A stretch of 64,000 nt of DNA from an uncultured Rivularia sp. (GTDB lineage: Bacteria; Cyanobacteriota; Cyanobacteriia; Cyanobacteriales; Nostocaceae), in contig OY762007.1 of NCBI GenBank assembly GCA_963665115.1, positions 4,800,001-4,864,000 on the forward strand. Direction: 5' to 3'. The notes under the pieces were generated by a model. That model searched no databases, had not been told where the DNA came from, and worked only from the letters and a program-made list of their open reading frames with translations. Position 1 is the first letter of the stretch. Every line of letters starts with the position of its first letter. A program made the translations under genes and the position numbers. This document shows positions 57,311-64,000 of this stretch, in pieces.

Positions 57311-58871
57311 ATGCGGATAATTTTTTCCAAATCAACTTTTTCAAAATACGTTTTTTCTCAATTCGCAGCAACTTTGATGTCTTTTTCACTACTACCATTA
57401 GCTACAAGTTGCACTTGGGTACAGCAATCCGAGGGAGTAGAGGCTAAGACTTCTGATTTGCAAAACAAACAGCAGGAAAAGGAACCAAGGGAATCTAAAA
57501 TGTCTCAGTTAATTGAAATATTAGAACAAAAATATAGACTATATGAACTTAAGAATTCTCCTGAAGCTTTAGCTGCAAGTCAAGAATTAGTAGAAATTGG
57601 TAAACCTGCGGTTCCAGAATTAATCAACGCATTGAGAAAAAATCGAGTATTTCTTACTTTGGGTGTCGCTGAAACGCTCTCGACAATCGCTCAAAATGAT
57701 TCATCTGTTGTACCTATTTTGATTAACAAGTTAGGGGATAAAGATTTACAGGTTCGTTTTGGTATAATGACAGCTTTAGAAAATGATTTGTTTGTACCTG
57801 AATTAAAAAAGGCTGCACAAAATAAAAATCCTAGAATAGCTGCTAGTGCTATTTATACTTTAGGTAAAGTAGCAGCTGACAGTTCTATATCACCTTATCT
57901 AAATAGTAAAAATTCACTGATTCGTATAAGCACAGAGCTTGCTTTACGCGACAAAACCCCAGAAATATTCACAAATATCAAAAATGCATTAGAACATGAA
58001 GACGTTTTTATCCGTGTAAATTCAGCTTCTATATTAACTCGTTCAATCGGATATATAAAGGAAGTTGCGGGGGTAATCGATTTTGAAGACCTTAATAAGA
58101 TTGCTGAAGTTCTGGTTGAAGGTACAGAACATAAAGACTCGTCAATTCGCTTTACAGCAGTTCAACCATTGCTTTTTATGCTTGTTATAAGACACACTTA
58201 TGAAATAAAAGCAAACCCGCCAATTGTACCCTCAATAATTCAACTGATAAAAGATGAGGACCCCAGGGGTTCGTTATATGGCTATGTTTATAATTTCAGA
58301 GTCAGGAAATGTGACAAAAGCTGCAATTCCATTATTGATGGAAGCGTTGAATGAGAAAGATGAAAGAATTCGCGGTGTAGCAGCTTTAGCATTTCAATAT
58401 ATGGGTTCAGATGCTAAACCAGCAATACCAAAAATAATCGCGATGTTGCAAAATAAGCAAGAAGATGAGCAGAATAGGCGTAATGCTATGAGAGCTTTAG
58501 GTAATCTTAAAAAAAATGCAGTATCAGCCATACCAGCTTTAATTAATACAATTGAAGACAAGCAAAATTCAAAATCTATAGTTCTTGCAGCCGCAGATGC
58601 TTTGCAGAAAATAGATTCTCTAGTTGTCATTCCTTATTTAGTTAACAATATATCAGAGAAAGATAAAAATTTTCGCGCAGCTTGGCTACGTCTTTTATGG
58701 GATGCTGCAAACGAAATAAAAAACAATAAAAAGAATTTATCTCAAGCTGAGTTAGAAAAGGCAATATCCGACTTAGAAACAGCTTTGAAAACTATCGAAA
58801 ATTCTGAACATGAGATTCCCCAGCATATTGCTTCATCACTACAAAGATCGATCGCAGAGTTGAAGAAATAG
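57311..58871 (+). pseudogene. Exported HEAT/PBS-repeat protein (lipoprotein-like); apparent +1 frameshift at ~58261-58264
   Basis: Lipobox-like ATSC; repeated AVPxLI...D..VR..A..AL units. Deleting one C gives KDEDPGVRYMA, colinear with EDQDSAVRYMA in the paralogue. Confidence 0.82.
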
Positions 58872-59005
58872 AGTTTTTCAATCTCTAAGCAGATTAATTT
58901 AGGTAATTAAACGAATGACGTTAATCAAATTACGTAATTAAGCTTGATTAAACCATATACCCTTGTAATATAAATTACTCGTTTACTTCAAAAAGGCGTA
59001 TTAAT

Positions 59006-60367
59006 TTGTCTAAATCAACTTTACCTAAATTACTTATCTCTCAACTGGCAGTAGCTTTGATGTCTTTGTCAATACTGCCACTCAATACAAGTACAGCTTT
59101 GGCTCAGCAGTTACAAGAACAAAATTCTCAACAAGCAGTATCTACAATTCCTAAATTGATTGAGATATTAGAGCAAAGAGAAATTTATCGCTCCTCACCT
59201 GTTGCTGAAGCTGCAATCCAACAATTAGTTAATATTGGTAAGCCTGCTGTACCGCAATTAATCGAAGCATTCAAAAAAAATCGGGCATTTTTGACTATAG
59301 GTTTAGGAGAAACGCTCGCGAAAATAGCACAAAAAGATTCATCTGTTGCACAAATTTTGATTGATAAATTGGGAGATAAAAATACTCAGATTCGTCTCGG
59401 TGCGATGCTTGCTTTAAATGATGATTCCTTTGAAGCTGCATTAAAAAAAGCAACGCAAGATAAAAATCCACGAATACGCACAAGTGCGGTTATTTCTTTA
59501 GCTTCAGTTGATAAGAAATCTGCCGAGACTGTGAAAATTATTAAAAATGGATTAAAAGACGAAGATATAATAATTCGTGTGACTTCAGCTTCGATATTGT
59601 CTGAGATAAATTCGGAAACAGCTTCTGCAACTCCTATATTAATTGAAGCATTAGAAAATCAAGATTCGGTAATTCGTTTAATCGCGTTTGAGCAACTTAT
59701 AAAAACTAATAAAAATAATTCCCAGAATTTACCTGTAATAATCAAAGCTATTGAAGATCAAGATTCAGCAGTTCGCTATATGGCTATTAATAGAATTTCA
59801 GATTTGGAAAAAGAACGTAAAGCGACAATTCCAGCTTTAATTAAAGCATTGGACGATAAAGATGGTAATATTCGCAGTGCTGCAATTTACGCATTAGGAA
59901 ATATGGGTTCCGATGCTAAAACAGCGAAGCCAAAATTAGTTGCGATATTGCAAAATCAGCAAGAGAGTGACGAAAATCGCGGTAGTGCTGCAATGGCTTT
60001 GGGTGAGATGAGAAAAGATGCTGTATCAACGGTACCCACACTGATCAATATATTAGAAGATAAGCAAATTACAAAAATGCTAGCTGTGAGTAGTGCGATC
60101 GCTTTAGATAAAATTGATTCTCAAGCTTTGATTCCTGCTTTAGTCAAAAGGTTGCCGGATAAACAAATGGAAGTTCCTTCGACAGTTATGTTGAGCAGTA
60201 TCGCATCCAAAATGAAAGAGAATCAAGCTAGTTTTTCTAATGATGAATTAGCGCAGGCAATTTCACAATTTGAAACAGCTTTGAAATTTATTGATAATTC
60301 GGAAAATGAAATTCCCCAGGATAAGGTTGAAGTGTTGCGGCAGTCGGTAGCGGTTTTGAAAATGTAA
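59006..60367 (+). CDS. Exported HEAT/PBS-repeat protein, tandem paralogue of 57311-58871
   Basis: Signal peptide ending in ALA-Q; HEAT-like repeats; shared segments such as IGKPAVP.LI...KNR.FLT.G. Confidence 0.85.
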   Translation: MSKSTLPKLLISQLAVALMSLSILPLNTSTALAQQLQEQNSQQAVSTIPKLIEILEQREIYRSSPVAEAAIQQLVNIGKPAVPQLIEAFKKNRAFLTIGLGETLAKIAQKDSSVAQILIDKLGDKNTQIRLGAMLALNDDSFEAALKKATQDKNPRIRTSAVISLASVDKKSAETVKIIKNGLKDEDIIIRVTSASILSEINSETASATPILIEALENQDSVIRLIAFEQLIKTNKNNSQNLPVIIKAIEDQDSAVRYMAINRISDLEKERKATIPALIKALDDKDGNIRSAAIYALGNMGSDAKTAKPKLVAILQNQQESDENRGSAAMALGEMRKDAVSTVPTLINILEDKQITKMLAVSSAIALDKIDSQALIPALVKRLPDKQMEVPSTVMLSSIASKMKENQASFSNDELAQAISQFETALKFIDNSENEIPQDKVEVLRQSVAVLKM

Positions 60368-60499
60368 TAAACCATTTTGGATTTTTCGTAACCCTCATTT
60401 TTCGTAGCCCTCACTCTAGAAGAGTGGGGCTAATACTACGAAGCCCACCTGCGTGGGCTAATTAAAGAGCGTATTTAATATAAAAAAGCTTTTAAAAAA

Positions 60500-61384
60500 C
60501 TATTTAATTTCGGTGGTTAATTCGTATGTAGCGTTACCGCGAGTTCCACCTACTACAATTTGATAATCTCCGTTTTGAGGAAGTTTTCCGCTCCAATTTC
60601 TTGCTTCTTGCTGCAAAGTTTGACCGTTAGGAGAAAGTATATCAAATACAGCGTTATCTTCCAAAGAAGTTATATTCAAATTCATTTGCTGTCCTTTATT
60701 TGCACCAAGTAAATAAATATCGCGAGCTCCTCTAATAACGGAATCTTTAACGGTTTTGGAACTAGCACCTCGATCGAATTTTACTCTTATTGTTCTATCG
60801 CCAGGATTGTTGTAAAGAGCCGAATCATTTTCTGAAGTTGATGTTAAAGTCGAGCAATCGACTTTGTTATAAGTTGCTTTATCGGTAATTAAAGATGATT
60901 CTGTAATTGTCCAATTACCTTGATAATTAAGAATCTCAACTTCAATTCTTGTTTCCGCAGTAAGCTGTGCTTTATTTCCTGTAAGCGTTCCTTCAAAAGT
61001 ACGACTATAATTATCTGATGCACCTATAAAATTAAAATCACTTGTACCTGTAATTTTACCGTTGACTCGATTATTAGAATTAATATTTACTTCCGCTCCA
61101 GCATTAATAGTTTTTGTATTTGCTTTATAGCAGTAAGTACCGGATGCTAACGTTTTATTTGAAGCTGTTTTTGTTGTTTTTGATGTAGATACGGGAGCTT
61201 CCGAAGTTTCCTCGGTTGTGGAAGATGCTTGAGCAACTGAATCTTGATTATTCTGGGTTGTAGTTTCGACTGGAGCTACTGTTGTATCAGTCGTATTAGC
61301 CGTGCTGGAATTATCTTCTCCGCAACCCGTTAAATTTAACAATGCAATTATAATTGTTCCAGAAAATAATAGTTGATTTTTCAT
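60500..61384 (-). CDS. Lipoprotein with Thr/Ser-rich linker and C-terminal PPC-like beta domain
   Basis: Lipobox LTGC; YLLGANKGQQM...LPQNGDYQIVVGGTRGNATYEL. Confidence 0.75.
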   Translation of the reverse strand: MKNQLLFSGTIIIALLNLTGCGEDNSSTANTTDTTVAPVETTTQNNQDSVAQASSTTEETSEAPVSTSKTTKTASNKTLASGTYCYKANTKTINAGAEVNINSNNRVNGKITGTSDFNFIGASDNYSRTFEGTLTGNKAQLTAETRIEVEILNYQGNWTITESSLITDKATYNKVDCSTLTSTSENDSALYNNPGDRTIRVKFDRGASSKTVKDSVIRGARDIYLLGANKGQQMNLNITSLEDNAVFDILSPNGQTLQQEARNWSGKLPQNGDYQIVVGGTRGNATYELTTEIK

Positions 61385-61641
61385 TTTGAAAAATTTATTT
61401 TCGCTTTTATGTTAAGGGATTATCTAGTTGATTGTAGATGATTCAAGTTAATATTAAGGTCATCCGTAAAAAATAGATATTTTCAAAATTAACAGGTATC
61501 ACATTGCTAGTCATCCGTAAAAATTACGATGCTTCCAAAGAAGAATAAGGGAATACATTTTTTAACAAATTAAATGAATCTAATTCATGTAGAATTATAT
61601 CGTGAAGCCTATATTTTCTCTTTTAGCTAATTTATAAAAAA

Positions 61642-62571
61642 ATGTCAGAGAAGCAATCGGTTAACCAGGAAATATTGTTAAAACCCGGCACCTTATGGAC
61701 AAGAATTCGAGAGCAAACCCAATACGGGCTTGAATGTGGTGCTTTGCAGTCTATTAAAACCGATTATGAATTTGTAGAAGAAAAGGGAGTTAATTTTTTA
61801 GTCAGAATTTTATCGAATTTAACTCGTAAAGACGAAGCGAAAAAGAAGCAGGATAAAGCTACTAAGAAAGGTAAGGATTTTAATCCTTTTCTTCCTTATG
61901 AAGAAGATTTATTTGTTGCTGATATTTCCCCAACGCATCTATGTTTGTTGAATAAATTTAATGTTGTCGAAAATCACCTGTTAATCGTGACTCGCGAATT
62001 TGAATCACAGGATAGTTTATTAAATTATCAAGATTTTCAAGCGATGTGGGCTTGTTTGGCTGAAATTGATGGTTTAGTATTTTATAACGGTGGCAAAATT
62101 GCTGGTGCTTCTCAACGACACAAGCATTTACAACTTGTTCCTACACCACTTGCACCAAATCAAAAAGAATCTATTCCAATTGCACCTTTGTTTGCATCTG
62201 CTGTTTTTGAAGGTGATGTAGGAAGGGTGCCGGATTTGCCTTTTGTTAATGGGTTGTGTAGATTTGCTTCCGATTTAGTCAATTCTCCTAATGATGCTGC
62301 TCAAATTACTCTTGAACTTTACTATAAATTGCTTAAGGCTGTTAATTTGTTGACTGAAGATACAGAAAATAATTCTATCTCTTACAACTTTTTAGCTACA
62401 AGAGAATGGATGTTTATTGTACCGCGTTCGGAAGAACATTTTGAGTCAATTTCTGTTAATTCTTTGGGTTTTGCTGGTGCTTTATTGGTAAGGAATCAAG
62501 AGCAAATGCAGATGTTAAAGGATTGTAAACCGATGGAGGTTTTGAAGCAGGTTGGGGTGAGTGATGATTGA
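61642..62571 (+). CDS. ATP adenylyltransferase (Ap4A phosphorylase)
   Basis: FNPFLPYE, LLNKFNV, FYNGG..AGASQRHKHLQ, NSLGFAG. Confidence 0.88.
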   Translation: MSEKQSVNQEILLKPGTLWTRIREQTQYGLECGALQSIKTDYEFVEEKGVNFLVRILSNLTRKDEAKKKQDKATKKGKDFNPFLPYEEDLFVADISPTHLCLLNKFNVVENHLLIVTREFESQDSLLNYQDFQAMWACLAEIDGLVFYNGGKIAGASQRHKHLQLVPTPLAPNQKESIPIAPLFASAVFEGDVGRVPDLPFVNGLCRFASDLVNSPNDAAQITLELYYKLLKAVNLLTEDTENNSISYNFLATREWMFIVPRSEEHFESISVNSLGFAGALLVRNQEQMQMLKDCKPMEVLKQVGVSDD

Positions 62572-62820
62572 GATAATGAACCAGATTGATGTTGGATAAC
62601 GAACTAGTACAGTACGGCGTAAATAAAGCACCCATTTAAAAAGTTTGAAAGCCTTATCATATAATACTTTTTACTTCTTACTTTTGACTTTTTACTTCCG
62701 CGCAGCGGTACTAGATTGATGTTGGATAATCAACCAGATTGATGTTAGATAACGAACTAGATTGATGTTGGATAATGAACCAGATTGATGTTAGATAACG
62801 AACTAGATTGATGTTAAATA
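62572..62820. repeat. 23-bp tandem repeat (~6 units) interrupted by a MITE-like insert
   Basis: Unit GATAA(T/C)(G/C)AAC(C/T)AGATTGATGTT(G/A). Confidence 0.88.
62608..62710. mobile_element. 103-bp MITE-like insertion flanked by duplicated CTAG
   Basis: CTAG at 62604-62607 and 62711-62714; imperfect inverted ends; neighbouring repeat units show the empty site GAACTAGATTG. Confidence 0.75.
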
Positions 62821-62841
62821 GCGAGCAAGATGCTCGCACTA

Positions 62842-62974
62842 CTAAGTACCTACGCAAAATTAATTGTGTATTGTCATTGCGAGGAACGAAGCATATGTCC
62901 GATAGGGACACGCTCCGCTAACGCAGGGACTTGAAGTTTTCAGAATGTTAAATTAATTTTGCACGAGTACTTAG
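62842..62974. mobile_element. MITE-like element with 24-bp imperfect terminal inverted repeats, flanked by TA
   Basis: CTAAGTACCTACGCAAAATTAATT ... AATTAATTTTGCACGAGTACTTAG. Confidence 0.7.
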
Positions 62975-63027
62975 TACATATAATGATAGTCTTGTCTTAT
63001 CTTACGAGCGCTAAGTAATTTACATCA

Positions 63028-63495
63028 ATGGTTCAAACATCAGATAGTTCCCCTATTTCGGATTCGGCTAAACAACAACGCGCACCTTACAGTATTGATT
63101 ATAAAATTAAGCTGCTATCTCAACTGCTATCGCGCAGGTTTAACGAACATCTCGAACATTTGAAATTAACTCCTTTTCATTGGATTGTTTTGTGCTGTTT
63201 GTGGGAAGAAGATGGTTTACCTACTTCTAGTATTGGCGAGAAACTGAAACAAGTTGGCGGTACTTTAACTGGTGTTATCGATAGAATGGAAGAAAGAGGT
63301 TTGGTACGTCGCGAACGAAATATGGAGGATAGAAGGGTTTGGCGGATATGGTTGACTGATGAAGGCAAAAAGCTTGAAACTGTTTTACCGCCTATTGTTG
63401 AGGATATTCGAGAACAAGCTATGGAGGGATTTTCAGATGGCGATCGCCATCTTTTCTCTCAGTTATTGAATAAAGCGGTTGCCAATTTATCTTAG
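63028..63495 (+). CDS. MarR-family transcriptional regulator
   Basis: TLTGVIDRMEERGLVRR...EDRRVWRIWLTDEG. Confidence 0.92.
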   Translation: MVQTSDSSPISDSAKQQRAPYSIDYKIKLLSQLLSRRFNEHLEHLKLTPFHWIVLCCLWEEDGLPTSSIGEKLKQVGGTLTGVIDRMEERGLVRRERNMEDRRVWRIWLTDEGKKLETVLPPIVEDIREQAMEGFSDGDRHLFSQLLNKAVANLS

Positions 63496-63538
63496 TCTCG
63501 ATCTTTTTAAGATTTTAATAATAATCGATATTCACTAC

Positions 63539-63641
63539 TAAGCTGACGTGCAGCTAAATTGTATAAGGTAAAGAATTTGAACGATTGTAGTGCGGGCATC
63601 TTGCCCGCTTCTCATATACAAATTGAATATGCAACAGCTTA
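63539..63641. mobile_element. MITE-like element with ~27-bp imperfect terminal inverted repeats enclosing a GTAG-type hairpin
   Basis: TAAGCTGACGTGCAGCTAAATTGTATA ... TATACAAATTGAATATGCAACAGCTTA; internal GTAGTGCGGGCATCTTGCCCGC, related to hairpins at ~40600 and ~62820. Confidence 0.6.
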
Positions 63642-63860
63642 TATTTTGCAGCTAAAGCTAATTGATTGACTATTATACAAGCAGATAAAAACAGTAGAGA
63701 AAGAATAATTTGGTTGAGAGCAGTAATCATAAAAGCTAAATAAATTGATATTTGCTTGCTGTTAATAACTGCTGATTTGTTTGTTTGTCGAGTGCAGTGA
63801 GATACTCATTCCGTAACACATCCTACTAAGGCTGAATCCGCCACGTATAACAAAGCAAAG

Positions 63861-63906
63861 TCGAGGTAATTCTACATTTACTAGAGAATTACCTCGATTT
63901 TTTTTT
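63861..63906 (+). terminator. Strong intrinsic terminator
   Basis: 13-bp perfect stem TCGAGGTAATTCT / AGAATTACCTCGA followed by T9. Confidence 0.8.
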
Positions 63907-64000
63907 ATACTCTTATTTGCTGCTTTTTAATCTGATTAATAATCAATACATTCGCTACCCTGATGCTTTATTGTCAAGCTTTTTTAGATGATGGCTTGAG

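Noticed and set aside
62572..62820. CRISPR array
   Set aside because: The 23-bp units are contiguous with no unique spacers, and there are no cas genes in the window.
62711..62911. 66-aa minus-strand ORF
   Set aside because: Composed of minisatellite and MITE sequence.

Overview
AT-rich chromosomal window from a filamentous, probably heterocyst-forming cyanobacterium, judged from frequent HIP1 GCGATCGC octamers, 7-bp intergenic tandem repeats and cyanobacterial gene content. It holds two tandem CheB-CheR-PAS hybrid histidine kinases, a ferredoxin/MBL-fold hydrolase, an orphan hicB, and an unusual pair made of an uncharacterised 210-aa protein and an AbiEii-type nucleotidyltransferase. Further along are the ctaA-ctaB / ctaCDE cytochrome c oxidase cluster, sasA, a Ser/Thr kinase-FHA-ABC transporter-kinase block, lepB, PBP1A, tyrS, pyrF, an amidase, a secreted EndoU-like nuclease, ilvC, a SagB-type oxidase, a NYN protein, phoD, two more Ser/Thr kinases, glgA, two exported HEAT-repeat paralogues, an ATP adenylyltransferase and a MarR regulator. 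Six genes carry homopolymer frameshifts, five next to GGACC/GGAACC, which looks more like sequencing error than gene decay. Intergenic DNA is rich in REP-like and MITE-like elements, including four copies of a ~190-bp paired-REP element with expanded loops. The best candidate for an undescribed system is the 9886-11475 pair: the AbiEii-like enzyme has no AbiEi partner, lacks the serine that the kinase antitoxin phosphorylates in MenT3, and is paired instead with a two-lobed His/Glu-motif protein. All calls come from reading motifs by eye; no database searches were run.
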